From contig CAVVYR010000001.1 of the NCBI GenBank assembly GCA_963752475.1, positions 64,001-128,000 on the forward strand: a stretch of 64,000 nucleotides of DNA, in the 5' to 3' direction. Under the pieces are notes generated by a model. It worked only from the letters and a program-made list of their open reading frames with translations. It was not told the origin of the DNA and did not search any database. Of this stretch, positions 39,213-48,952 are shown piece after piece. Made by a program: the position numbers and the translations under genes. The stretch is from an uncultured Chloroflexia bacterium (GTDB lineage: Bacteria; Chloroflexota; Limnocylindria; Limnocylindrales; CSP1-4). Position 1 is the stretch's first letter. Every line of letters begins with the position of its first letter.

Positions 39213-41009
39213 CTAGTTCTCGTAGACGGAGTCGTCGATGCTGATGCGACCCTCGTCCTCGGCGGCGAAGTAGAGCAGGTCGTACCAGTCGGAGAAGGCG
39301 TTGTCGGCGACGATGGCCGCGTCCTCCGCGTCGAGGGGACGGGTAGCTGCATCCTGCAGCTGGTAGAAGTAGTAGCCGTCGCCCTCGTCGATGGCCTCGG
39401 TGACGTCACCGACCTCCATCGCCTCGAGGTCCGCCACGAGCATCTCGTCGAGCTGGTCGATGATCTCCCACTCCGCGACCGGGCCTTCGGCGGCGGCCGG
39501 GTCCTCGGAGAACTCGAGGCTGACGGCGCTGAAATCGGCGTCATCCTCGGCCAGGGCCTGCTCGACCTCGCGGACCCGTGCGTCGAGCGACGAGCGGAAC
39601 TCGTGGAACATGATCACGTGCCAGCCGAAGTCGGTCTTCACCGGGCCGATGACGTCGCCGGCCGCGGGATCGATGTTCGACCAGATGGCCTCGGTGAACT
39701 CCGGCACCATCACGCCTTCCTCTGGGAACCAGCCGAGATCGCCGCCCTCGACGCTTGACGGTCCATCGCTCTCGGCCACGGCACGCTCGGCGAAGGCGGT
39801 CGCCCGCTCCTCGGGATCCTCGACGGCTGAGAGCTCATCGAAGGCAGCCTGAGCCTCGGCCTCGGCCTCGGCCCAGGCGGGATCGTCGCTCGGCAGGTCG
39901 GAAGGCAGACCGGGATTGCCGTCCTCGTCGAGCGGCGTGTCGGGCTGATACAGGATGTGGCTGGCGCGGGCCTCGCCGGCGCTGTCGTCAGGGTTCACCT
40001 GGTTGCGCTCGACGAAGATCCGGCCCAGCAGGGCCTGATCGTATTCGGCCTCGAGGGCCTCGGTGGTGATGGTCTCCTCGAGCTTCTGGGCCAGCGTCTC
40101 GAGCTCGACATTGCGGCGATGGACGTTCTCGCCGACCTCGTCGTTGACAGCCTCGACGAAGCCCTCGTCGGGTACCTCCGGCACGACCTCGGTGACCTTG
40201 GCGATGAGCTGCTCGCCGGTGGGCGCCTCCACGATCTCCGCGACGGTGCCTTCCTCGGCCGCGTAGATGGCCTCGGCCCAGCGTGCTTCGCCGATGTCTG
40301 CCTCGGCGGTGATCCAGGCGGCGTCCGTGCTGGCGGGGCCGTAGGTCTCGACCAGCGCTTCGGCATCGCCGCCCGCGGCCAGCTCCTCGGCCAGCTCGGC
40401 GGCGCGCTCGCGCGCGTCGGCGATACCGGCATCCGTGGCGGTCTCGCCGAGCTCCTGCTCCTCGGTGAGGACGAAGACGGCCTCGACGTAGCGGGACTCG
40501 GTGGCGGTGCCGTCGGCAGCGATGGCCGCCTCCAGCTCCTCCGCCGTCAGCTCCACGCCCTCATCGTCCGCGAGCTGCTCCTTGAAGATGAGATCGACCA
40601 GGTCCGCGACGATGACGTCGTCGGTGTCGGCGCCCAGCGAGTCGGCCAGAGCGAGGCGGGTATTGGCCAGCTCCGCGTCGATCTCGCCGGCAGCCAGTGC
40701 GGCAGTGGTCTGGGCCGCGAAACGCGCCGAGCGGAAGTCCTGCAGCTTCTTGCGATCCTCGAGATCGCTACGGCTGACGTCCGTGCCGTCGACCGAGGCC
40801 ACCGGCTTGATGTTGGACTCCCAGAAGCCGTAGGCCAGGCCACCGACGATGATGACCACGACGATCACGATGAGCCCGTAGAAGACCCAGTTGATGTTGC
40901 GCTGCTGCTGGGCCTCGGCGTCGATGTATCTCCCATCCTTGCCGGTCGACAAGCGGTGAGAGATGCGGTCGCGGAGTGACTCCTTCTGAGGCTCTGTCGG
41001 CGAGGTCAT
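39213..41009 (-). CDS. Membrane-anchored parvulin-type peptidylprolyl isomerase (PrsA/PpiD-like)
   Basis: One TM, VASVDG, ASHIL, GGDLGWF, MVPEF, PVKTDFGWHVI. Confidence 0.85.
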   Translation of the reverse strand: MTSPTEPQKESLRDRISHRLSTGKDGRYIDAEAQQQRNINWVFYGLIVIVVVIIVGGLAYGFWESNIKPVASVDGTDVSRSDLEDRKKLQDFRSARFAAQTTAALAAGEIDAELANTRLALADSLGADTDDVIVADLVDLIFKEQLADDEGVELTAEELEAAIAADGTATESRYVEAVFVLTEEQELGETATDAGIADARERAAELAEELAAGGDAEALVETYGPASTDAAWITAEADIGEARWAEAIYAAEEGTVAEIVEAPTGEQLIAKVTEVVPEVPDEGFVEAVNDEVGENVHRRNVELETLAQKLEETITTEALEAEYDQALLGRIFVERNQVNPDDSAGEARASHILYQPDTPLDEDGNPGLPSDLPSDDPAWAEAEAEAQAAFDELSAVEDPEERATAFAERAVAESDGPSSVEGGDLGWFPEEGVMVPEFTEAIWSNIDPAAGDVIGPVKTDFGWHVIMFHEFRSSLDARVREVEQALAEDDADFSAVSLEFSEDPAAAEGPVAEWEIIDQLDEMLVADLEAMEVGDVTEAIDEGDGYYFYQLQDAATRPLDAEDAAIVADNAFSDWYDLLYFAAEDEGRISIDDSVYEN

Positions 41010-41192
41010 GCGTGGGCGGTTCTCCGGTGTGCTCGTAGCGGGATGCGCGCTCGTGTGACGCCATGCGAGGGGCGTTGCGGTGTCGGCTGCACGCCGCCGA
41101 AGTCTAGCGCGTCAGCGCCGATCTCACGCATGCGCGCGAGGGCGGCCCGGCGGCCCACCAGCTGCTCGGTCGCTCGGTCGCACAGCGACTCC

Positions 41193-42239
41193 CTACGCGT
41201 TGGTGGACTGCTCCAGGCGCCAGGCGTATTGCTGCTTGTAGTACTCGTCCCAGTCGCCGGACTTGATGGGCTCCCACCACTCGCGGTTGTCGGCGTACCA
41301 GTCGACGGTCTCGGCGATGCCTTCCTCGAAGGTCGTGCCCGGCGTCCAGCCGAGGGCCTTGAGACGTGAGCCGTCGAGGGCGTAGCGGCGGTCGTGGCCC
41401 GGGCGATCGGGCACGGTCCGCACCAGCGACCAGGGCTTGCCCAAGTGGTCGAGGATGGCCTCGGTGACGGCCCGGTTGGGCCGCTCGATGCCGTCGCCAC
41501 AGACGTTGTAGGCGGCACCCGAGTCGCCGTGATCGAGGGCGGTCCCGATGCCATCGGCGTGGTCGGCCACGTAGAGCCAGTCACGGCGCTGCATGCCATC
41601 GCCGTACATCGGCAGCTGCTGGTCGTCGAGCGCGTTGGTGACGAAGAGCGGAATCAGCTTCTCGGGGTACTGGTTGGGACCGTAGGTATTGGCTCCGCGG
41701 GTGATGACGGTGTCGAGGCCGTGTGTCTCGTGGTACGCAGCCACGAGGTGCTCGCCGGCAGCCTTGGCTGCCGAGTAGGGCGAGGTCGGGCGGATCGGGT
41801 CCGACTCCACCGAGAGCCCCGCTGGCACCGGGCCGTAGACCTCGTCGGTCGAGACCTGCAGCAGGCGGAAGGCGCCGTCGCGGGCACGGGACTGCTCGAG
41901 CGCCGCCTCGAGCAGCGCGTAGACGCCCATGACACCGGTATGCAGGAAGGCCGTGGGCTCCAGGATGGAGCGGTCGACGTGCGACTCGGCCGCGAAGTTG
42001 ACGATGGCGTCGACCTCCGCGGCCAGCTCGCGCATCCGGGCCTCGTCCGCGATGTCGGCCTGCACGAAGCGATAGCGACCGCTCCATGCAGGGTCATCAG
42101 CCAGGCCCGCGAGGTTGGCCGGGTTGCCGGCGTAGGTGAGCTTGTCGACGACGATGATGCTGTCGTCGGTAGCCGCCAGACGACGACGCACGAAGTTCGA
42201 ACCGATGAAGCCGGCGCCGCCGGTGACGAGGATCCTCAT
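41193..42239 (-). CDS. rmlB: dTDP-glucose 4,6-dehydratase
   Basis: VTGGAGFIGSNF, DKLTYAGN, AAESHVDRSI, STDEVYG, YSAAK, DRPGHDRRY. Confidence 0.96.
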   Translation of the reverse strand: MRILVTGGAGFIGSNFVRRRLAATDDSIIVVDKLTYAGNPANLAGLADDPAWSGRYRFVQADIADEARMRELAAEVDAIVNFAAESHVDRSILEPTAFLHTGVMGVYALLEAALEQSRARDGAFRLLQVSTDEVYGPVPAGLSVESDPIRPTSPYSAAKAAGEHLVAAYHETHGLDTVITRGANTYGPNQYPEKLIPLFVTNALDDQQLPMYGDGMQRRDWLYVADHADGIGTALDHGDSGAAYNVCGDGIERPNRAVTEAILDHLGKPWSLVRTVPDRPGHDRRYALDGSRLKALGWTPGTTFEEGIAETVDWYADNREWWEPIKSGDWDEYYKQQYAWRLEQSTNA

Positions 42240-43168
42240 GGCGCGAGTCTAGCCGCTGGAGTGCGGTAGGCCGGGAAGGTCAGGCCGTCCACGGCGCCGG
42301 CCGCGCTCACGAGCGCGTCGTAGGCCACGCGGTCGAGGATGCGACCGCAGCGATAGGACGGCCGGACCTCCTCGGTCCAGCCGTCCATGAACGCGGGATC
42401 GGAATCGACCGTGCCGAGGTCCAGCCGTCGCAGGCCGCGCCCGGCCATGTCCTCGACCATCGCCTGCACCAGCGCGTAGCGGGCACCGAGCGCCTCGCCT
42501 GCGACGGAGCTCGTCATCGCGTGGACGGTGGCATCGTCCCCGCTGACGTAGACCACGGCCATCGCCACCGGGCCCTCCTCGGCCAGGACGGTGAATGCGA
42601 CACAGCCGGGCAGCGCCACCTGTCGGGCCAGCGCCGCTGCCGAGAGCCCAAGCTCGGCCCCGGGCAGGCCGACGTCGCTGAGCACGGACCAGCGCGCGAC
42701 CAGCTGTGCCGGTGCGTCCTCCACGTCGACATCCACCCGGCTGAGAGCGTCGCGCACCGAGCGCCGGTGGTCGCGAGCAGGCCAGAACGAGACCAGGTCG
42801 GCCACGTAGTGCTGGGCGTCGACACGAACGAGATCGGGAAACGCCGGCCGCAGCAACTCCTCGTCGACCGACGCCAGCGGATCGGACAGGGTGGTGACGG
42901 TGACCACATCCGCGAGCGCAGCCGTCTCCCGCAGGTCGTCCTGCAGCCCGCGGGGATCGCGGCACACCATCGAGGGGTAGCCCACGAGGGCATCGCGCGC
43001 CTCGCTGCCGGGGATGGGTCGCGTCAACAGGAAGGTCCCGCTGCGGCGAAGGTGGCGGACCTCGCCGGCATCGGTGAAAGCCTCCGCGTAGCTGGGGTGG
43101 AAGTAGCCGTAGCGCCCGGCCGAGGCGAAGAGGTCCTCGTTGTCGATGAGGCTATCCACGCGTGGCAT
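42236..43168 (-). CDS. GNAT/FemAB-like acyltransferase-fold protein
   Basis: YFHPSYA, VGYP, HYVADL, G...LDLG pattern typical of BioF2/FemAB-like GNATs in polysaccharide loci. Confidence 0.55.
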   Translation of the reverse strand: MPRVDSLIDNEDLFASAGRYGYFHPSYAEAFTDAGEVRHLRRSGTFLLTRPIPGSEARDALVGYPSMVCRDPRGLQDDLRETAALADVVTVTTLSDPLASVDEELLRPAFPDLVRVDAQHYVADLVSFWPARDHRRSVRDALSRVDVDVEDAPAQLVARWSVLSDVGLPGAELGLSAAALARQVALPGCVAFTVLAEEGPVAMAVVYVSGDDATVHAMTSSVAGEALGARYALVQAMVEDMAGRGLRRLDLGTVDSDPAFMDGWTEEVRPSYRCGRILDRVAYDALVSAAGAVDGLTFPAYRTPAARLAP

Positions 43169-44429
43169 CGGTCCCGTCGACGAGCTCCGGCACCTCCTCG
43201 ATCTCGACCTCTCTCGCGAGCAGTCGGAAGAGCGGTGCCAGGAGACGCTCGATGGGGTCCTTCGTGCGCTTGGGCCGAAGGGTGTTCCGCCGCAGCCACA
43301 GGACGGGCCTGCCCTGGACTCGCCGGATGGCGAGGCCGAACGAGCCGACCGCCGCGCCGATCACCCGTTGCAGGGCCGAGGCATCACGGGTCGGATCGAT
43401 CTGGCCCTTGGTCCCGAGATAGAGCAGGCGGCCGTCGGCGTGCGCCTGGTGCAGCGCTCTCTGAGCCGTGGGTGTCGGTCGCTCCACGACCATGCCGCAT
43501 CGCGCGAGCTCCAGCAGCAGCAGCTCGTTGTGGGGTCCCACGCCGGCACCGGTGGGGACCACAGCGATCTCCCGTCGCGGCTCCTCCGCGCCCTCGTAGC
43601 CGTGCTCGCGCAGGTAGCCCGCGAGGTGCAGGCCGGCGAAGCGCCGGGCATCGAACGACATCTCCTCGCGCCAGCGACCGACGCTCGAGGTGTTGACCGG
43701 ACCCGCCACCGACTCCTTCCACCACTCGTGCTCGGCGGCCACGTCGGTGCCGCTCTCGCGGGAGTCGAGCATGGCCGGCTCGTAGACCTCCCCGATGAAC
43801 TCACAGACGCGACGCAGTTCCTTCACGGGCTCGGTCACGAGGTCCTCGTAGCGCAGGGTCATGGCCCGTGGATCCTGCTCGAGACGCTCGCGCGAGATGC
43901 GGTCGTCCTCATCGACGCGCACGAGGTTGCCGACCACGGAGTCCTTGGCGAAGGGCATGCGCGCAAGCGAGAGCGCCACGTCGCGGGGGTCGCGCACGAT
44001 GCGCACGATGTAGGCGTCGGGCCAGCCGGCGCGCAACGTATCGGTCATGAGCAGGTGACGTGGCGTCTTCTCCACCCAGCGCGCCGCACCCGCCCGCTGC
44101 GCGTGGAGCTCGGTGAGCGACTCGAGCATGGCCGTGGTCGAGGGCTGCCGGTCCCCGAGGAAGGTGCCGATCTCCTGCAGCGTCAGCCCGAAGAGCTCGG
44201 TGATGGGGTGTCCCTGGTTACGCAACGAGGCGATGAAGTCGACCGCCGGCCGCGGCCAGGTGGCGGGCTCGAGGATGCGCCTGCGGGCGTCGGCATCGAG
44301 ATGGCGGTAGCGGGCGAAGAAGCGCGACTCCGGACCACAGTCGAGCCGGGAGTGGCTCGAGAGCATGGACGAGAGGAGCGTCGTTCCGGAGCGTGCGACG
44401 CCCACCACGAAGATCGGTGCGTCAGGCAT
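43152..44429 (-). CDS. Sulfotransferase (Sulfotransfer_3 type) with C-terminal extension
   Basis: FVVGVARSGTTLL, WVEKTPRH, RDPRDVALS, RYEDLV, VGRWR. Confidence 0.88.
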   Translation of the reverse strand: MPDAPIFVVGVARSGTTLLSSMLSSHSRLDCGPESRFFARYRHLDADARRRILEPATWPRPAVDFIASLRNQGHPITELFGLTLQEIGTFLGDRQPSTTAMLESLTELHAQRAGAARWVEKTPRHLLMTDTLRAGWPDAYIVRIVRDPRDVALSLARMPFAKDSVVGNLVRVDEDDRISRERLEQDPRAMTLRYEDLVTEPVKELRRVCEFIGEVYEPAMLDSRESGTDVAAEHEWWKESVAGPVNTSSVGRWREEMSFDARRFAGLHLAGYLREHGYEGAEEPRREIAVVPTGAGVGPHNELLLLELARCGMVVERPTPTAQRALHQAHADGRLLYLGTKGQIDPTRDASALQRVIGAAVGSFGLAIRRVQGRPVLWLRRNTLRPKRTKDPIERLLAPLFRLLAREVEIEEVPELVDGTDATRG

Positions 44430-45711
44430 CGGCATCGCTGGTGGCATCATCGGCAGCCCCTACGAGACCCGGCAGGTCCTCGGCCTCGGCGGGTTTGGCC
44501 AGCACCTGCAACAGGCGGGCGATGAAGCGCTCACCGCCATCGTTGGGGTGGCGCCGGATGAGGCTCAGCCGACGCACCCAGACCACCGGTCGACGTTGCA
44601 GCCGGCGTGTCAGCAGCAGCAGCCCCAAGCGGGCGATGTCGAACACGCGCCGCGATGTCGACCGCGTCCGGTCCGGGTCGAGCTGGCCCACGACTCCGAA
44701 GAAGACCAACGGTTCCTGCAGGTGCAGCTCCTCGATGGTCGACGGGATCGGTCGCCGCACGGCGACGTCTGCCGCCGACAGCTCCAGCAGCACATCGTCG
44801 TACTTGGCGTTGAGCGCGTCGCCCGCGGGCACGATGGCCAGCGCCCGCTTGGGCGCCACGGCCTCGCCGTAGCCGTGCTCTTCGAGCATCGGGCCCAGGT
44901 TCAGCGCCGCGTAGTGCTGCACCGCCGGCGGCATCTCATCAGCCCAGCGGCCGGAGCGGGAGCGGTCGAGCGGCCCCGTGGCGTCGCCCTTCCACCATTC
45001 ATGCTTGGCCGCCACGCCGGTGGCCCCGCTGCGATCCTCGAGCATGCCCGGCTCGTACTCGATATCGACGAACTCGCAGATGCGGCGGAGCTCGCGCTCG
45101 GGCGTGGCCACGAGATCCTCGTAGCGCACGGTCAGGGCCACCCCGGACTCGCGATAGAAGTCGGCCGCGGCCTCGTTCATGCGCGCCAGCACGGACAGGT
45201 TCGTGAGCAGCGACGGCGTGCCGAAGGGCACCTTCGTCAACGACACGGCCGCGTCCCGGGGATCGCGCACGATGCGCACGATGCGTGCCTGCGGCCAGGT
45301 CTCGGAGATGAGCTCCGGCACCTCCAGGTGTCGCGGCGTCTTCTCGACCCAGCGGGGAGCGACGTTGCGCAGGGCGCGCTGGGCCGTGAGCGACTCCAGC
45401 ATCGTCGCCAGGGACGGCGGTCGTACGGCCATCCAGGCGCGGACCTCCTCGCGCTCCAACCCATACATGGGGTAGATGGGCTGCTTGCCCAGCGAGAGGC
45501 TGCACACGTAGGCCGTGGCACGCTCGGGCCAGTCGGCCGGGTCGAGGATGCGCTCGCGCTCGCTGCGGGCGAGCCGTGACCAGCGACTCAGGAAGTGGGT
45601 CTCGGGACCGCAGTCGAAGGCCGAGTGCGCAGCCAGCATGGCCGAGAGCAGGGTCGTTCCGGAGCGTGGGCCGCCGACGACGAACACCGGAGCGGTGGAG
45701 GGCTTGGTCAC
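44422..45711 (-). CDS. Sulfotransferase (Sulfotransfer_3 type) with C-terminal extension
   Basis: FVVGGPRSGTTLL, WVEKTPRH, RDPRDAAVS, RYEDLV; tandem paralog. Confidence 0.88.
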   Translation of the reverse strand: MTKPSTAPVFVVGGPRSGTTLLSAMLAAHSAFDCGPETHFLSRWSRLARSERERILDPADWPERATAYVCSLSLGKQPIYPMYGLEREEVRAWMAVRPPSLATMLESLTAQRALRNVAPRWVEKTPRHLEVPELISETWPQARIVRIVRDPRDAAVSLTKVPFGTPSLLTNLSVLARMNEAAADFYRESGVALTVRYEDLVATPERELRRICEFVDIEYEPGMLEDRSGATGVAAKHEWWKGDATGPLDRSRSGRWADEMPPAVQHYAALNLGPMLEEHGYGEAVAPKRALAIVPAGDALNAKYDDVLLELSAADVAVRRPIPSTIEELHLQEPLVFFGVVGQLDPDRTRSTSRRVFDIARLGLLLLTRRLQRRPVVWVRRLSLIRRHPNDGGERFIARLLQVLAKPAEAEDLPGLVGAADDATSDADA

Positions 45712-45945
45712 GATCCGATTCTATCGGTCCCACGGAGCGCGGCCGTCGACCACCGCAGATGGCGCGACGATCGTGGCACCCCGGAGCGTCCATCGCTCGT
45801 CCCTGCCGGGGGCAAACGACGGAGGAACGGCCCTGCCGCGGCCTCCGGCCGGTCGCTCGGCATCGTGGGTGGGGCACCTGGGGTACGGCGGGCGACCTCG
45901 ACGACGTGGGGAAACCACTCGCTCCTGTTACCCTTCAACGCGTCC

Positions 45946-46923
45946 ATGACAGTCGTCAACGAGGCCCCTGCTGCCTTCCGCAGCAGCAATGATCGCCCGG
46001 GCCCGGTCGCCCTCATCAGAAACGCCATCACCGACGTGTGGTCACGCCGTCGGCTGATTCGCTATATGGTCCGCGCCGACGTCAAGAAGCGCGGCGTCAA
46101 CACCGTGCTCGGCAACGTCTGGTGGATCCTCGACCCGCTCATCACGATGATGATCTACGTCCTGGTGATGACGGTCATCTTCCAGCGCTCCACGCCAGAC
46201 TTCCCGCTCTTCCTGCTCAGCGCGATGGTGCCCTTCAAATGGTTCACCGCCACCATCGGCAGCTCGACCAACGCGGTCACGGGCAAGACATCGCTGATCA
46301 AGCAGATCCTCTTCCCCAAGATCATCCTGCCGGTCACGCTCACGCTCAGCCAGATCGTGAGCTTCCTCTTCGGCATGGGCGTGCTCCTGTTCGTGTGGTT
46401 CTTCGCCTATCACGATCACGTCACCGCCCAGGTCGTGTGGGTGCCGCTCATCGCGGTCGTGCAATACGTGTTCGTGCTGGGCTGGACCTTCATCCTCAGC
46501 GCTGTCACGGTCTTCTATCGCGACGTCGGTATCGTCATCGGCCACTTCATGCGCCTGCTCTTCTGGGTCAGCCCCATCCTCTGGTCCTTCATGGAGGTGG
46601 CCGGCCGCGGCGCCCGCCTGCAGACCGGCCTCGAGGGCATCGAGCGCCAGTTGGGCATGCCCACCGGCATCCTCTTCGGCGCTGTCTCGATGAACCCGGT
46701 CTCGCTACTGCTGGAGTCGTATCGCAAGGTCGTCTACGGCGAGCTCGATCGCGTCGACCTCGAGACCGGCCTGCCAAGTGACAGCGGAACGCTGGTCTGG
46801 ACCGACGCTGTCCCGCCCGACCTCCAGATGCTGGCCGCGATCTTCGCCAGCGGTGTCGTCTTCATCCTCATCGGCACGCTCATCTTCAAGCGGCTCGAGC
46901 CCAACTTCACGAAGGTGCTGTGA
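45946..46923 (+). CDS. ABC-2 polysaccharide exporter permease (Wzm/TagG-like)
   Basis: LGNVWWILDPL, LIKQILFPK, FYRD, FWVSPILW, NPVSLLLESYR. Confidence 0.9.
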   Translation: MTVVNEAPAAFRSSNDRPGPVALIRNAITDVWSRRRLIRYMVRADVKKRGVNTVLGNVWWILDPLITMMIYVLVMTVIFQRSTPDFPLFLLSAMVPFKWFTATIGSSTNAVTGKTSLIKQILFPKIILPVTLTLSQIVSFLFGMGVLLFVWFFAYHDHVTAQVVWVPLIAVVQYVFVLGWTFILSAVTVFYRDVGIVIGHFMRLLFWVSPILWSFMEVAGRGARLQTGLEGIERQLGMPTGILFGAVSMNPVSLLLESYRKVVYGELDRVDLETGLPSDSGTLVWTDAVPPDLQMLAAIFASGVVFILIGTLIFKRLEPNFTKVL

Positions 46924-48155
46924 TGACCGCCCCTCGCGACATCCGATCCGACGAGATCGAGGAGACCGTCGACTCGCGCCGGGATGAGCGCATGGACGAC
47001 AACGCCCTTGCGGCCATCGCAGAGGCGGAGGGCGAGGCCCCCGACCCTTCCGAGTTCGGGCTCAGGGTCAGGCCGCCCCTGGGCGAGGTGGCCATCCGGG
47101 CGGAGGACCTGGGCGTCCGCTACAACCTCAACTTCACCAAGAAGACCAAGCTACGAACGACCTTTGCCAACCTGCTGGACCCGCGACGGCGCAACGCTGG
47201 CCACTTCTGGGCTCTGCGGGGCGTGGACTTCACCGTCCGCCGTGGCGAGGCCGTAGGCATCGTCGGTGCCAACGGCTCAGGCAAGTCGACGCTGTTGCTG
47301 GCGCTCGCCGGCATCCTCCAGCCCACCGAGGGTGTGGTCGAGGTCAGCGGCCACGTCTCCACCCTGCTCAGCCTCAACGCCGGCTTCGACGCCGAGCTCA
47401 CCGGCCGCGAGAACATCGCCCTCGCCGGCGCGCTCATGGGTATCGACGAGCGGGTGATGCAGGAGATCACGCCCGGCATCATCAAGTTCGCCAACATCGG
47501 TGCCTTCATCAACGCTCCCATGAAGACGTACTCCTCGGGCATGCGAGCGCGTGTCGGCTTCGCCATCGCCACCTCGGTCGACCCGGACATCCTGCTGCTC
47601 GACGAGGTCCTCCAGACCGGCGACAACAAGTTCAAGCAGAAGTCACGCCGGCGCATCGCGGAGGTCCTGCAGACGGCCAAGGCGGTGGTGATGGTGACCC
47701 ACGACATGAGCTGGATCACCGCCTTCTGCACCCGGGCCGTCCTCGTGGACAAGGGCAAGATCGTGGCTGACGGTGACCCCGAAGAGATCGCCGACATGCA
47801 CGAGAAGGACGCCGCGGCGCGAGCCAAGCGCAAGCGCAAGGCCAAGCAGCTGCTCAAGCACGGCAAGGTCGACCTCGTGGACATCAAGAAGGCCCGCAAG
47901 GAGGGCAAGCTCGATGAGCTGGTCGAGGGCCACGAGACGGAGATGGAGGAGCTGCGCGCAGAGAAGAAGCGCAAGCTCGAGGAGGGCCGGGCCAAGCGCC
48001 GTGCCGCACGCCTGGCGCGTGAAGCCGAGGAGATCGGGGGAACGGCTGATGGCAGTGCCCCTTCTCGGTCCCAAGACGAGACCGCAGATGCCGACTCCCC
48101 GTCTGCTGAGGCCGAGACGGCCGGCGCCGGCAGGCCGTCGCGCCCGAGCGTCTAG
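46920..48155 (+). CDS. ABC polysaccharide exporter ATPase (Wzt/TagH-like) with charged C-terminal tail
   Basis: WALRGV, GANGSGKST, LTGRENI, YSSGMRAR.GF, LLDEV. Confidence 0.92.
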   Translation: MMTAPRDIRSDEIEETVDSRRDERMDDNALAAIAEAEGEAPDPSEFGLRVRPPLGEVAIRAEDLGVRYNLNFTKKTKLRTTFANLLDPRRRNAGHFWALRGVDFTVRRGEAVGIVGANGSGKSTLLLALAGILQPTEGVVEVSGHVSTLLSLNAGFDAELTGRENIALAGALMGIDERVMQEITPGIIKFANIGAFINAPMKTYSSGMRARVGFAIATSVDPDILLLDEVLQTGDNKFKQKSRRRIAEVLQTAKAVVMVTHDMSWITAFCTRAVLVDKGKIVADGDPEEIADMHEKDAAARAKRKRKAKQLLKHGKVDLVDIKKARKEGKLDELVEGHETEMEELRAEKKRKLEEGRAKRRAARLAREAEEIGGTADGSAPSRSQDETADADSPSAEAETAGAGRPSRPSV

Positions 48156-48157
48156 CG

Positions 48158-48952
48158 ATGCCCATCGGCGGGCGTCTGGGAGGACTCCGTGAGTCGCTGA
48201 CCGGGCGCAAGTCAGCCTCGGCTCCCGCGCCGTCGGTCGCTAGCGAGGCACGCGTCCTCACGGTCCTGGGCATGCACCGCAGTGGCACCAGCTCGCTCGT
48301 GGGCAGCCTGGAGGCAGCGGGCCTGCCGCTGGGCCAGGTCCGCTCCGAGGGTGGCGCCTCCAACGCCATGGGCCATCGTGAGCCCGGCGAGCTCATCAGC
48401 CTGCACGAGGACGTGCTCATCACCTCTGGTGGGGCCTGGCATATGCCGCCGGAGAAGGCGATCTGGACCAAGCGGCAGCGGAAGCGCCAGGGTGAGTTCA
48501 TCGCCTCCCGAGCAGAGATGCCGCTGTGGGGCTGGAAGGAGCCGCGCACGCTGTTGGTCATCGACGGCTGGCTGGACGCACTGCCGGGACTGGAGATGGT
48601 GGGTACGTTCCGCCATCCCGCGGCCGTCGCGCGTTCGCTACAGCGCAGGCATGGCAGCGACACCATCGACCCCTGGCTACAGCTGTGGCTGGCCTACGAC
48701 TCGGCGCTCTTGCGGCTGGTCGAGGAACGCGGGCTCCCACTCATCGACTTCGATCTCCCGGCGGAGGCGTACCAGGCCCGACTCCGGCAGATCGTCGCGG
48801 AGCTGCGGCTGCCCGGAGGTGATGACGAGTTCTTCGACGCGTCGCTGCGCACCTCGCAGACGCAGGCGCCACCGGACCTGGAGCTGCCGGGCTACATCGA
48901 GAGCGTCTATCTCCGCCTCAAGGAGATCGCCGCCGCCCAGGCGACCGGCTAG
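48158..48952 (+). CDS. Sulfotransferase-family protein
   Basis: VLGMHRSGTS, WGWKEPR, RHPAAVARSL..R, LWLAY. Confidence 0.82.
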   Translation: MPIGGRLGGLRESLTGRKSASAPAPSVASEARVLTVLGMHRSGTSSLVGSLEAAGLPLGQVRSEGGASNAMGHREPGELISLHEDVLITSGGAWHMPPEKAIWTKRQRKRQGEFIASRAEMPLWGWKEPRTLLVIDGWLDALPGLEMVGTFRHPAAVARSLQRRHGSDTIDPWLQLWLAYDSALLRLVEERGLPLIDFDLPAEAYQARLRQIVAELRLPGGDDEFFDASLRTSQTQAPPDLELPGYIESVYLRLKEIAAAQATG

